Source: Candidatus Methylomirabilota bacterium (GTDB lineage Bacteria > Methylomirabilota > Methylomirabilia > Rokubacteriales > CSP1-6). From it: a stretch of 64,000 nt of DNA. The position numbers were made by a program, and so were the translations under genes. Positions within the stretch are counted from its first letter, which is position 1. Each line of letters begins with the position of its first letter. Below the pieces are notes generated by a model, which saw only the letters and a list, made by a program, of their open reading frames with translations, did no database searches and was not told the DNA's origin. The stretch covers positions 28,771 through 92,770 of the forward strand of contig DASTCJ010000040.1 of assembly GCA_035605575.1 (NCBI GenBank), read 5' to 3'. Below are positions 9,531-18,966 of this stretch, one piece after another.

Positions 9531-11066
9531 ATGCAGCGAGTGACCGACTGGCTCTTCTACATCGGCCTCGTTTGTCTCGGCGCGGCCGTCGTGCAGCGGT
9601 TCGCGCTGCCGGCCTACGGCCGGTTCTTCACGCCGCTGCTCACGGCCGGCATCGTGCTCGTCGTCCTGTCCGCGCTGCCCTGGCTGGCCAGCAAGCGCCG
9701 CGCGCTCGGCACGCGCACGATGCGCTACGGGCTGCAGTCAGCCGTCTCGATCCTGCTCGTCATCGGGCTCATCGGCTTCGTCGAGGCGCTTTCCGTGCGT
9801 CACAGCAAGCGCTTCGACCTCACCGAAACGAAACGTCACAGCTTGTCGTCGCAGACGATCAACCTCTTGAAGGGGCTGAAGACCGACGTCAACGCCGTCG
9901 GCTTCTTCCGCTCCGACCAGCCGGGCAAGCGGGTCGCGGAGGATCTGTTCAAGCAGTACGCCGGGTACTCGAACGGCACGTTCACGTGGAAGGTCGTCGA
10001 TCCCGATCGCGATCCGGGGCTGGCGCGGCGCTACAACGTCGAGCAGTACGGCACCATCGTGCTCGAGACGAAGAATCGCTCGGAGAAGGTCAACGACGCC
10101 GAGGAAGAGAAGCTCACCAACGGGCTGGTGAAGCTCACGCGCGAGGGCAAGCGCGTTGTCTACATCCTGCAGGGTCATGGCGAGCACGAGCTCGCCAACA
10201 CCGAGCGTCAGGGATTCTCGGAGGCCAAGGCGGCGCTGGAGCGGGCGAACTACGAGGTGAAGCCGCTCGCGCTGGCCCGCGAGGGCAAGATCGCCGCCGA
10301 CACGGCCGTCGTCATCGTGCCCGGGCCGCGCACCGACCTCTTTCCCCCCGAGCTCGACGCGCTCGACGGCTACCTCGGCGCCGGCGGCAAGGTCCTGGCG
10401 ATGATCGACCCGCCGTTCCCGCAAAAGATCCAGGACGCGAGCCTGAAGAAGCTACTCACGAACTGGGGCGTGGTCCCCACCGACACGCTGATCGTCGAGC
10501 TGAGCCCGATCGGCCGGCTGTTCGGCATCGGCCCCGAGGTGCCGATCATCCAGCAGTACGAGCCGCATGCGATCACGCGCGACCTCGGCGGCATTACGAC
10601 GCTGTTTCCCATCACGCGCGCGCTCGAGGTGGCCAAACCGGCGCCGGCGGGTGTGAACGTGACCCCGCTTGCGCGCACGAGCCCGGAGTCGTGGGGCGAG
10701 ACCGATCGACAGGCGCTCGAGCAGGGGACGGCGAAGCCCGACCCGCAAGATCCGAAGGGCCCGCTCACGGTCGCCGCCGTCGCCACGAAGGACAAGGCGC
10801 GTCTGGTCGTCTATGGGACTTCGAATCTCGCGACGAACCAGTTCCTGAATTTGCAGGGCAACCGGGACTTCTTCCTGAACACCGTGTCCTGGCTCGCCGA
10901 GGAGGAGGATCAGATCTCGGTGCGGCCGAAGGACTCGCGCCAGAATCCGATTTTCCTCAGCGCGCGCCAGGGCCAGCTCGTGCTCCTGCTGCCGGTGGTC
11001 GTGCTGCCCGGCCTCGTGCTGGCCGGCGGCATCGTCGCCTTCATCCGTCGCCGCGCCGCGAAGTAG
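9531..11066 (+). CDS. GldG-like ABC-transport-associated protein
   Basis: N- and C-terminal TM anchors flank a large external domain ('VVYILQGHGE', 'LVVYGTSNLATNQFL'). It sits in the conserved position after the ABC-2 ATPase and permease. Confidence 0.75.
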   Translation: MQRVTDWLFYIGLVCLGAAVVQRFALPAYGRFFTPLLTAGIVLVVLSALPWLASKRRALGTRTMRYGLQSAVSILLVIGLIGFVEALSVRHSKRFDLTETKRHSLSSQTINLLKGLKTDVNAVGFFRSDQPGKRVAEDLFKQYAGYSNGTFTWKVVDPDRDPGLARRYNVEQYGTIVLETKNRSEKVNDAEEEKLTNGLVKLTREGKRVVYILQGHGEHELANTERQGFSEAKAALERANYEVKPLALAREGKIAADTAVVIVPGPRTDLFPPELDALDGYLGAGGKVLAMIDPPFPQKIQDASLKKLLTNWGVVPTDTLIVELSPIGRLFGIGPEVPIIQQYEPHAITRDLGGITTLFPITRALEVAKPAPAGVNVTPLARTSPESWGETDRQALEQGTAKPDPQDPKGPLTVAAVATKDKARLVVYGTSNLATNQFLNLQGNRDFFLNTVSWLAEEEDQISVRPKDSRQNPIFLSARQGQLVLLLPVVVLPGLVLAGGIVAFIRRRAAK

Positions 11067-11071
11067 CCTCG

Positions 11072-12835
11072 ATGCGGTGGCAGACCTCGGTCGTGCTCGC
11101 GGTGCTGCTCGTCCTGGTCGGCGGCTTCTACTACGTCTACGAGATCCGCCTCGGGCCCGAGCGGGAAAAGGTGGAGACGCGCAAAGGCCGCGTCTTCAGC
11201 GCCGAGGCGGCCGACGTGACCGCCCTCGAGCTGAAGCGTCCCGACGAGACCGTCACGCTGAAACGTGACGGTGACGTGTGGCGGCTCGCGACGCCGATCA
11301 CGGCGCGGGGCAACAAGGGTACCGTGGACGAGACGTTGACGACCATTCTCACGGCCAAGATGGATCGCGAGATCGAGGCCAAGCCCGCGTCGCTCGCCGA
11401 CTTCGGACTGGAGAAGCCCGCCGCGCAGGTATCGCTGACGCTCAAGGACGGCAAGCAGGTCGGCCTCGACCTCGGCTCGAAGTCGCCCACTGGCGTGTGG
11501 GTCTACGCGCGCGAGCAGGGTAAGCCGGCGGTGTTCGTGCTGCCCGACAGCGTCCTCCGCGAGGCGACCCGGCCGGTGGTCGACTTCCGCGATCGGACGA
11601 TCCTCGCGTTCGAGCGGCGCGACGTCACCGGCGTGAACATCGTGACCGACGCCGAGACGATCGTCATCGAGCCGGCCGGCGAGAAGTGGAAGATCACTCG
11701 CCCGGTCACCCTCGGTGCCGACACCGCGGAGATGAACGACCTGCTCGACAAGCTCGCGAGCGCGAAGGTGAAAGACTTCGTCGCCGAGGCGCCCCGCACG
11801 ATGCAGGCGTACGGGCTCGAGCGCCCGATCAAGGTGAGCGTGCACACCGGCAAAGACAAGGATCGCGCGACGCGTACGTTGCTCGTGGGGCGCACCGACG
11901 CCGACAAGAAAGGCGTCTACGCCATGCGCGAGGGCGAGTCGAGCGTGCTGCTCCTGCCGGAGGAGATCGCCAAGCTCGTGCCGCGGAATGTCGCCGCCAT
12001 CCGCGACAAGCAGCTCGTGGATTTCGACCGCGATCGCATCCAGCGCGTCGACCTCGAGAGTCCGAAGGGCGCGGTCACGCTCGTGAAGGACAAGGATCGC
12101 TGGACCATCACGGCGCCGGAGGCGCTGCCGGCAGACCAGGTCGAAGCCGGCGCGCTGCTCACGCGCCTGCGTGAGCTTCGCGCCCAGGCCTTCCTGAGCG
12201 ACGAGGCCTCCGCCATCCAGCGCTTCGTACCGAAAGCGACGGTGAAGGTGACGCTGAGTGAGCAAGGCGGGACGCCGACGACCGTGCTGCTGGCGCCGTC
12301 GTCCGAGCGCCGCGGCGGCCAGCCGAGTGCCTATGCGGCCATCGCCGACAAGGGTCCTGTCGTCCTGGTCGAGGCCAAGGCCGTCGACGAGCTCGCACGC
12401 TCGGCCAACGATCTGCGCGATCACGCGCTCTTCTCCGGCGTGGAGCCGAAGGACATCAAGCGCGTGCGCGTGAGCGCCGGCGGCCGGACGGCCATCCTCG
12501 AGCGCAGTGGTGAGAACGACTGGAAGCTGGTCGAGCCGACCAAGGGCAGCGCCAAGGCCACGAAGGTCGAGGACATTCTGTTTTCGGTTCGGGCGCTGCG
12601 CTGGAAGGACATCGTGTCACCGCGCGGCGACGACGCCGCGAAGTACGGCCTGGATGCCCCATCGATGGACGTCGTGCTGCTGAAAGGCGACGGTGGCGAG
12701 GTGGCCCGGCTGAGTGTCGGAAAACGTGACGGTGACCGCGCCTACGTCCGCGCTGGCAACAATCCGACCATCTACGCGATCGACGCGCGCACGCTCGGTC
12801 CCGCCCCGAAGATTCCCGATGACTTCAAGGGCTGA
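11072..12835 (+). CDS. DUF4340-like repeat protein, fourth gene of the ABC-2/GldG module
   Basis: ATG at 11072 (MRWQTSVVLAVLLVLVGGFYYVYE) lies in the frame of track ORF 9572..12835. Contains repeated 'V..V.L.R.....L.K.G..W.I..P' units. Confidence 0.7.
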   Translation: MRWQTSVVLAVLLVLVGGFYYVYEIRLGPEREKVETRKGRVFSAEAADVTALELKRPDETVTLKRDGDVWRLATPITARGNKGTVDETLTTILTAKMDREIEAKPASLADFGLEKPAAQVSLTLKDGKQVGLDLGSKSPTGVWVYAREQGKPAVFVLPDSVLREATRPVVDFRDRTILAFERRDVTGVNIVTDAETIVIEPAGEKWKITRPVTLGADTAEMNDLLDKLASAKVKDFVAEAPRTMQAYGLERPIKVSVHTGKDKDRATRTLLVGRTDADKKGVYAMREGESSVLLLPEEIAKLVPRNVAAIRDKQLVDFDRDRIQRVDLESPKGAVTLVKDKDRWTITAPEALPADQVEAGALLTRLRELRAQAFLSDEASAIQRFVPKATVKVTLSEQGGTPTTVLLAPSSERRGGQPSAYAAIADKGPVVLVEAKAVDELARSANDLRDHALFSGVEPKDIKRVRVSAGGRTAILERSGENDWKLVEPTKGSAKATKVEDILFSVRALRWKDIVSPRGDDAAKYGLDAPSMDVVLLKGDGGEVARLSVGKRDGDRAYVRAGNNPTIYAIDARTLGPAPKIPDDFKG

Positions 12836-12841
12836 GCATCG

Positions 12842-13078
12842 ATGATTCCCGTGGTACATTCGCGCCTCATGAACCGCGAGATCTTCGTGGTGGCGCGCGA
12901 TCGCCCCGACTTGTTTCGGTACTTGAGCGAGACCTTTGCCGAGGCCGACAACGTCGATGTCATCCTCGATCGACGCACGAACCAGGGTGGTGCCGACCGC
13001 CCCGAGGACCGCCGGGCACGCCCGAAGGTCGAAGAGGAGATCAAGTCGGTCGGCTACGCCTTCATCACGCTGCCGTAG
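12842..13078 (+). CDS. Small conserved hypothetical protein
   Basis: 78-aa ORF with coding-like composition: 'REIFVVARDRPDLFRYLSETFAEADNVDVILDRR' followed by an Arg-rich tail. An alternative start is M10. Confidence 0.5.
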   Translation: MIPVVHSRLMNREIFVVARDRPDLFRYLSETFAEADNVDVILDRRTNQGGADRPEDRRARPKVEEEIKSVGYAFITLP

Positions 13079-13089
13079 TCGCGTCGCGC

Positions 13090-13758
13090 GTGGGCCGCGC
13101 GCTCGAGCTCGTCATCTTCGACTGTGACGGCGTCCTCGTCGACAGCGAACGGATCGCCGTGCGCACAGACGTGAAGGTGCTCGCCAGCCTCGGCTGGCAT
13201 CTCACGGAGGAGGAGTGCATCGAGCGTTTCGTCGGCCTGTCCGATAGATCGGTCAAGGAAGCCATCGAGGCGCACCTCGGCCGCGCGCTTCCGGACGACT
13301 GGGATGAGGCATTCAAGTCGCTCTATCACGAGGCCTTCGCGGCGGAGCTGACGCCCGTGCCCGGTGTGGTCGAGGCGCTCGATCGGATCACGTTGCCGAC
13401 GTGCGTGGCATCGAGCGGCAGCCACGAGAAGCTCCGCTTCACCCTGGGCCTGACCGGCCTGTATGAGCGGTTTGCGGGCCGGATCTTCAGCGCCTGCGAT
13501 GTCGCGCGTGGAAAGCCGGAGCCGGATCTCTTCCTTCACGCGGCGTCCAGCATGGGCGTCGCCCCGGACGCCTGCGCCGTCGTGGAGGACTCCCACTATG
13601 GCATCCAGGCTGCGCGCGCCGCGGGGATGCGCGCCTTCGCTTACGCGGGCGGGCTGACGCCACGCGCGCGGCTCGAAGCCCCGGGCGTGATCGTCTTCAC
13701 CGACATGCTCGAGCTGCCCGGATTGCTGGCCAACGCATCGCCGGCCGGACCGTCCTGA
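13090..13758 (+). CDS. HAD-superfamily hydrolase (beta-PGM/CbbY-like subfamily IA)
   Basis: Motif I 'VIFDCDGVLVDSE', motif II 'VASSG', motif III/IV 'GKPEPD...VVEDSHYGIQAARAAGM'. Confidence 0.85.
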   Translation: MGRALELVIFDCDGVLVDSERIAVRTDVKVLASLGWHLTEEECIERFVGLSDRSVKEAIEAHLGRALPDDWDEAFKSLYHEAFAAELTPVPGVVEALDRITLPTCVASSGSHEKLRFTLGLTGLYERFAGRIFSACDVARGKPEPDLFLHAASSMGVAPDACAVVEDSHYGIQAARAAGMRAFAYAGGLTPRARLEAPGVIVFTDMLELPGLLANASPAGPS

Positions 13759-13806
13759 CTCGACGCGTGGCCGTGACGACGCGGGCCGCGCCGTACGCCG
13801 GCTCGG

Positions 13807-14247
13807 CTACTTCAGCGGCTCGGCGATGTAGCTGAGAGTCTTCAGATCTGACTCGGCCTCGTCCTTGTCGACCAGCTCGGGGACGATGCGGCCGACCATC
13901 AAACCCATCTGGATCTTGAGCCGCACGTAGCGCTCCTCGCGCGGCGCCAGCGTGAACGTCAGCTTCTTCTCCGTTTCGGTCGCAGCCGCCACTTCGTAGT
14001 TTCCGGGGGCGCGGTCCACGAAGTAAAAGCCGTGCGGCTTCGCCGTCCCGACCTTCTCGCCGTTCAGTCGGATGTCGGGCTGCACGGCGGCCCCGAATGC
14101 GCTGGGTCGATAGAAATAGATCCGGCCGTGCGATGGGTTCAGCGCCGGAAAGCTGGAGGCGACCTCACCGTACTTGGCGCCGCTCGCACAACCCGACAGC
14201 AGTGCTCCGGCCGCGATGGCGACGATCAGCGTTCGGGTCAGCGTCAC
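13807..14247 (-). CDS. DUF2846-like lipoprotein
   Basis: The GTG at 14247 is preceded by GGAGG. Lipobox 'LLSGC'. 'GRIYFYRP...IRLNGEKVG...GFYFVDRAPGNYEV' matches DUF2846. The rest of the 288-aa track ORF is Arg-rich and non-coding-like. Confidence 0.7.
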   Translation of the reverse strand: MTLTRTLIVAIAAGALLSGCASGAKYGEVASSFPALNPSHGRIYFYRPSAFGAAVQPDIRLNGEKVGTAKPHGFYFVDRAPGNYEVAAATETEKKLTFTLAPREERYVRLKIQMGLMVGRIVPELVDKDEAESDLKTLSYIAEPLK

Positions 14248-14639
14248 GATGGCCTCCTTCGAATGGACAGTGTGATCGGCGCGTCTCGTACCGGCGCAAA
14301 GGCGTGCTCGACGGGCAGATAGAATCCGACGAGACGGTCGCCAGCAAGGACGAGATACGCCTCGTGGACGTGCGCGCCCTCGACGGTGAAGACGCGCCCG
14401 ACGGGACGGTACACGTCGCCCTCGGCACAGCGACCGATGCGCGTCCACGGCGTTCCGCGGCGAACGACGCGGTCGTAGCCGAGTCCGACCGACACCTTTT
14501 GATCCTGAAGCACCTCGATGGTCTCGGCGGGCGGGTCGGCCAGCGGCGTGAAGCTCGTGGGGCGCCGGGAGACCTCGGGAGCACAGGCGACGAGCGCCAC
14601 CGCGGTCAATGTCGCCGCGAATCCCCGGCGAACCATCAC
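14244..14639 (-). CDS. Hypothetical lipoprotein
   Basis: Signal/lipobox 'TAVALVAC'. GTGA overlap with the downstream DUF2846 gene. Confidence 0.6.
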   Translation of the reverse strand: MMVRRGFAATLTAVALVACAPEVSRRPTSFTPLADPPAETIEVLQDQKVSVGLGYDRVVRRGTPWTRIGRCAEGDVYRPVGRVFTVEGAHVHEAYLVLAGDRLVGFYLPVEHAFAPVRDAPITLSIRRRPS

Positions 14640-14740
14640 GCGAAAGATAGCGCGCCGGCGCGCGAGATTCCAAGAACTACAAGCGTCGGACCGGGCGGCG
14701 GCGAGTGGCGCGCTGCGGCGCGGTGAGGTAGCATCAACCG

Positions 14741-15442
14741 GTGAGGAACGGCTCGGACCTCTATCTCAAGCAGCTCGAGCTCGGCCCCATGCAGAACTTC
14801 GTCTACCTCATCGGCGATGAACAGGCACGGGAGTGCGTGGTGGTCGATCCGGCTTGGGACATCGACACGATCCTCGAGACGGCCCGCCGCGACGACATGC
14901 GGATCACGGGAGCGCTCGTGACGCACACCCATCAGGATCACGTGGGCGGCAGCCTGGCCTCGTGGGGCATGCCCGGCCGGATCCCCGGGGTCGAAGAGCT
15001 GCTGGGCAAAGTCAAGGCGAAGGTCTACGTCCACAAAGCCGAGCGGGAGTTCTTGCCCGGCTTCGGCTCGGATCTGATGAAGGTCGACAATCACGACACG
15101 CTGGTTATCGGCCGGCTCACGCTGACGTTCTTGCACACACCCGGCCACACGCCGGGATCGCAATGCTTCCTCGTCGACGGCCGACTCGTGTCGGGTGACA
15201 CGCTGTTCATCAACTCCTGCGGGCGCACCGATCTGCCGGGGAGTGATCCATCGGAGATGTACTACTCGCTCACGCAGCGGCTGGGTGCGCTGCCCGACGA
15301 CACGGTCCTCTTTCCCGGTCACAACTACGGCGGCGCGTCGTCGACGATCGGGCAGGAAAAGCGACGGAATCCCACCATGCGGTTTCCGTCCCTCGGTGAC
15401 TTTCTCCGCGCGATGGGCGGAACGCGCGTGGTGCTGCCCTAG
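14741..15442 (+). CDS. MBL-fold metallo-hydrolase (glyoxalase II-like)
   Basis: 'THTHQDHVGG' (HxHxDH), 'HTPGHTPGS', 'DTLFINSCGRTD', 'FPGHNY'. Lies 3 nt upstream of ppd. Confidence 0.85.
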   Translation: MRNGSDLYLKQLELGPMQNFVYLIGDEQARECVVVDPAWDIDTILETARRDDMRITGALVTHTHQDHVGGSLASWGMPGRIPGVEELLGKVKAKVYVHKAEREFLPGFGSDLMKVDNHDTLVIGRLTLTFLHTPGHTPGSQCFLVDGRLVSGDTLFINSCGRTDLPGSDPSEMYYSLTQRLGALPDDTVLFPGHNYGGASSTIGQEKRRNPTMRFPSLGDFLRAMGGTRVVLP

Positions 15443-15445
15443 CGC

Positions 15446-16585
15446 GTGATCAGCGGGCACGACCTCGCGGCGCTGCTGGAGCGCCACCGATTCGATTTCT
15501 TCACCGGCGTGCCCTGCTCGCTCGTGGAGGACGTCATCGCCGTCCTGGAGCACGGCCGCCGGGCCCCGTACGTCGCAGCCGTGCGCGAGGATGTCGCCGT
15601 CGGCATGGCGGCCGGCGCCTGGTTCGCGGGCCGACGACCGTGCGTGCTCATGCAGAACTCCGGCCTCGGCACGAGCCTCAACGCGCTGGCCTCGCTGTCG
15701 CTGATGTACGGCCTGCCCGCGCTCGTGGTCGTCACCTGGCGCGGTCACGGCGGCAAGGACGCGCCCGAGCACATTCTCACCGGCGCGATCACGCCGAATC
15801 TGCTCGAGCTCCTCGGTATGCCGTACCGTGTGCTCTCGACCGAGACGGCGGCTGCCGATGTCGAATGGGCCGCGCGCGAGATGGACGCGCGCATGCAACC
15901 CGTCGCCATCGTCGTCCCTCCGAAGGTCGTGGAGACCGGTGGGACGCACGCGCACGCCGATGCGGCCCGCTCGGCGACCCCGAGCACGCGCGCGATCGAT
16001 GCCGGGGCATCGCTGTCGCCGAGCATCTCGCGGCTGGCCGCACTGACCGCGGCACGGAAACCGCTCGGGAGCGAGCCGATCGTCCATGCCAACGGCTACA
16101 TCTGCCGCGAGTCATTCGCCGTGGGCGATCGGCCGCAGAACTTCTACATGATCGGCTCGATGGGTCTGGCCTCGGCCATCGGCCTCGGACTCGCGCTGGC
16201 GCGCCCCACGAAGCCGGTGGTCATCTTCGACGGCGACGGGAATCTGCTGATGAACTTCGGCATCCTCGCCATGGTCGGCGGCCTCGCGCCGCGAAATCTC
16301 GTGCACGTCGTCTTCGACAACGAGGCGTACGGCTCCACCGGTAACCAGGCATCGCCCTCACGGGGTGTTCGACTCGATCGCGTGGCCGCCGCGGCCGGGT
16401 ACCGATCGTCGGTCGCGGTCACCGCGGCCGGCGATGTCGAGGGTGCCGTGCAGCGCGCGCTAACCGGCGACGGGCCGCACTTCGTCCTGGCAAAGGTCAC
16501 CACCGAAGAGGCCGACGTGCCGCGCATTCCCTTCAGCCCTGCCGAGATCCGCGACCGGTTCCGCGCGAGTCTTCCGGGAGCCTGA
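15446..16585 (+). CDS. ppd: Phosphonopyruvate decarboxylase (ThDP-dependent)
   Basis: About 380 aa. N-terminus '[16 protein letters not shown]' and ThDP motif '[12 protein letters not shown]...[12 protein letters not shown]' are typical of the Ppd/sulfopyruvate decarboxylase family. Directly adjacent to pepM. Confidence 0.8.
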   Translation: MISGHDLAALLERHRFDFFTGVPCSLVEDVIAVLEHGRRAPYVAAVREDVAVGMAAGAWFAGRRPCVLMQNSGLGTSLNALASLSLMYGLPALVVVTWRGHGGKDAPEHILTGAITPNLLELLGMPYRVLSTETAAADVEWAAREMDARMQPVAIVVPPKVVETGGTHAHADAARSATPSTRAIDAGASLSPSISRLAALTAARKPLGSEPIVHANGYICRESFAVGDRPQNFYMIGSMGLASAIGLGLALARPTKPVVIFDGDGNLLMNFGILAMVGGLAPRNLVHVVFDNEAYGSTGNQASPSRGVRLDRVAAAAGYRSSVAVTAAGDVEGAVQRALTGDGPHFVLAKVTTEEADVPRIPFSPAEIRDRFRASLPGA

Positions 16586-16587
16586 CC

Positions 16588-18183
16588 ATGCAGAAGACCG
16601 CCCGACTGCGTCAGCTCATCACGCGGCCCGAGCTGGCGTTCCTGATGGAGGCGCACAGCGGCGTCTCCGCCCGCATCGTCGAAGAGGCGGGCTTCGAAGG
16701 CGTGTGGGGTAGCGGTCTCACGATCTCGGCCGGCTTCGGCGTGCGCGACAACAACGAGCTCTCGTGGTCGCAGGTGGTCGATCACGTCGCGTTCATGGCG
16801 GAGGCGGCGTCGATCCCGCTGCTGCTCGACGGCGACACCGGGTACGGCAACTTCAACAACATGCGCCGTCTCGTTCGAAAGCTCGAGCAGGTGGGCGTGG
16901 CCGGCGTGACCATCGAGGACAAGCTCTTCCCGAAGACGAACTCGTTCCTGCGCTCCGAGCGCCAGCCGCTCGCCGACATCGATGAGTTCGCGGGAAAGAT
17001 CAAGGCGGGCAAGGACAGCCAGACCGATCCGGATTTCGTCCTCGTGGCGCGCGTCGAGGCCCTGATCGCCGGCTGGGGATTGGCGGAGGCGCTCAAGCGC
17101 GCGGAGGCGTACCACGCCGCCGGCGCGGACGCGATCCTCATCCACAGCAAGGAGTCGAGCCCCGCGGAGATCTTCGCGTTTCTCGACGCGTGGGGCAATC
17201 GCGCGCCGGTGGTGCTCGTGCCGACGAAGTACTGGCGGACGCCGACGGCGGAGTTCCGGGCGCGGAACGTGAGCGTCGTGATCTGGGCCAATCACCTCCT
17301 GCGAGCGTCGATCGGCGCCATGCAGGCGACGGCGGCACAGCTGCGGCGTGACGACTCGCTGCTGAACGTCGAGCCGCAGGTCGCGCCGCTGCACGAGGTC
17401 TTCCGTCTGCAGGGCGACGAGGAGCTGCAACAGGCGGAAAGCCGTTATCTGCCGGCTACCCGCGGCGGGCTGTCGGCGGTCGTGCTGGCGGCTGGCGCCG
17501 GCGCCGACTTCGGCGGCCTGACCACGTCGACGCCGAAGGCGATGCTCAAGGTCCAGGGGCGACCGATCCTGGCTCGGCTGCTGGACGACCTCGCCCACTT
17601 CGGATGCCGCGGCGCCACCGTCGTGCGCGGCCACCACGCCCGCGCAATCGACGCGGCGGGCGCCCGCTTCGTCGACAATGTCGACTTCGCGACCACCGGT
17701 GAGGCGTGGTCGCTGGCGCTCGCCGAGAGCGACATCGTGCCGGGCACGGTGGTGGCGTTCGGCGACATCGTGCTGAAGCGCCACATCATCCAGGCGCTGC
17801 TCGAGGAGGCGGGCGACGGCATCACGCTCGTCGTCGACTCAGGGCTGGCGGGCGCCGACGTTCCCGATCGCGTTCGCGCCGACCGCGCCCACAGTGGACG
17901 CTTCAGCTTCGCCGAGACGCGGCTGCTCGAGATCGGCGACGTGACGCCGGCGGCGAGCCACGGCGCGTGGATCGGCCTCCTGCATCTCGGCCGCGCCGGC
18001 GCCGAGGGGCTGCGTGCCGCCATCGCCGCCGCGCGCGCCGACGGAACGCTGCGCACGGCGCGCATGTCGGATCTCATCACACGCGTTCTCGCCGGCGAGC
18101 AGCCGGTCCGCGTCGTCTACACGCGCGGCGGCTGGGTGAACGTCAACAACCTCACCGACCTTCTCGACGCCGGCGGCGTTTAG
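16588..18183 (+). CDS. pepM: Phosphoenolpyruvate mutase fused to a C-terminal nucleotidyltransferase (PntC/LicC-like) domain
   Basis: '[10 protein letters not shown]' and the PepM-diagnostic E-D-K-x5-N-S motif ('[12 protein letters not shown]', 16915-16944). The NTP-transferase-like domain begins near residue 295 ('[15 protein letters not shown]...TPKAML'). Confidence 0.9.
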   Translation: MQKTARLRQLITRPELAFLMEAHSGVSARIVEEAGFEGVWGSGLTISAGFGVRDNNELSWSQVVDHVAFMAEAASIPLLLDGDTGYGNFNNMRRLVRKLEQVGVAGVTIEDKLFPKTNSFLRSERQPLADIDEFAGKIKAGKDSQTDPDFVLVARVEALIAGWGLAEALKRAEAYHAAGADAILIHSKESSPAEIFAFLDAWGNRAPVVLVPTKYWRTPTAEFRARNVSVVIWANHLLRASIGAMQATAAQLRRDDSLLNVEPQVAPLHEVFRLQGDEELQQAESRYLPATRGGLSAVVLAAGAGADFGGLTTSTPKAMLKVQGRPILARLLDDLAHFGCRGATVVRGHHARAIDAAGARFVDNVDFATTGEAWSLALAESDIVPGTVVAFGDIVLKRHIIQALLEEAGDGITLVVDSGLAGADVPDRVRADRAHSGRFSFAETRLLEIGDVTPAASHGAWIGLLHLGRAGAEGLRAAIAAARADGTLRTARMSDLITRVLAGEQPVRVVYTRGGWVNVNNLTDLLDAGGV

Positions 18184-18189
18184 TTACAT

Positions 18190-18213
18190 GGGGGCGCCCC
18201 GAGGTGGGCCCCC
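18190..18213. terminator. GC-rich hairpin between convergent pepM and SDR genes
   Basis: GGGGGC (18190-18195) pairs with GCCCCC (18208-18213) around a 12-nt loop. It lies in the 36-nt gap between two convergent stop codons. Confidence 0.4.
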
Positions 18214-18219
18214 CAACGC

Positions 18220-18954
18220 TCACGCGCGGCTGCCCGCGTCGACTCCGAGGATCTGGCCGGTGATGTGGGTGGGGCAGGTCGCGAAGAAGACGACGGCGGC
18301 CGCGACGTCGGCGGCGGTCGCGGCGTGGCCGTGCGTGATGGCCCGCCAGCGTGCGGGCGCGAGCCGAGCGGGCTTCAGGACGGCGCCCGGCGCCACGCAG
18401 TTCACCGCGATCTGTTGATCGCGCAGCTCCAGGGCCAGCGTGCGCGTGAGCGCCTCCAGACCGGCCTTGCTCGCCGTGTACGCTGCCCAGCCGGGTCTCG
18501 GCGCGCGCGTGATGACGTCGCTGACGTTGACGACGTGACCGCCGCCCGTCATGCGCGCCGAGGCCGCCTGCGTGCAGAAGAACGCGGCGCGGAGGTTGAG
18601 CGACATCAGCTCGTCCCACCGGGCGCGCGTGGTGCTCGCGAGCGGTGTCTTCTCGAAGAGCGCCGCGCTGTTCACCAGTACGTCCAGACCGCGCAGGGCC
18701 CGGGCCGCCTCCGCCACGACTGTGCGCGCGGCGCGCGCGTCGCGCAGATCGGCCCGGATGGCGATGGCGTTCGCGCCGCGCTGCCGTAGCGCCTCGACGG
18801 TGCGTCGCGCCTCCGCGGCCGAGCGGTGAAACGCGATGGCGACGTCGAAACCGGCGTCGGCCAGCGCGAGCGCAATGGCGCGACCGACGCGGATGGCGCC
18901 GCCGGTCACCAGCGCGCGGCCGGCGATTTTGCGATCCGCCGGTCGAGATGTCAT
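18220..18954 (-). CDS. Short-chain dehydrogenase/reductase (pteridine-reductase-like SDR)
   Basis: ATG at 18954 (MTSRPADRK). 'ALVTGGAIRVGRAIA' (TGxxxxxG), 'NSAA', 'YTASKAGLEALT' (YxxxK). Confidence 0.85.
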   Translation of the reverse strand: MTSRPADRKIAGRALVTGGAIRVGRAIALALADAGFDVAIAFHRSAAEARRTVEALRQRGANAIAIRADLRDARAARTVVAEAARALRGLDVLVNSAALFEKTPLASTTRARWDELMSLNLRAAFFCTQAASARMTGGGHVVNVSDVITRAPRPGWAAYTASKAGLEALTRTLALELRDQQIAVNCVAPGAVLKPARLAPARWRAITHGHAATAADVAAAVVFFATCPTHITGQILGVDAGSRA

Positions 18955-18966
18955 AGTCGATGAGCG

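Noticed and set aside
9572-11071. The 5' 1.5 kb of the 1087-aa track ORF 9572..12835.
   Set aside because: It is out of frame with, and fully overlaps, the well-supported gldG-like CDS. The translation is Arg/Ala/Gly-rich with low complexity. A proper ATG with a hydrophobic N-terminus occurs at 11072. Long open alternative frames are expected at this GC content.
13090-13758. The possibility that the HAD hydrolase is phosphonoacetaldehyde hydrolase (PhnX) linked to the phosphonate cassette.
   Set aside because: Its motifs fit the generic beta-PGM/CbbY subfamily. It is separated from the cassette by two opposite-strand lipoprotein genes, and I saw no PhnX-specific features.
14636-17784. Antisense ORFs of 483 aa and 546 aa (14636..16087 and 16144..17784) over the phosphonate cassette.
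   Set aside because: They are shadow ORFs opposite genes that carry diagnostic motifs (HxHxDH, the ThDP motif, EDKx5NS).
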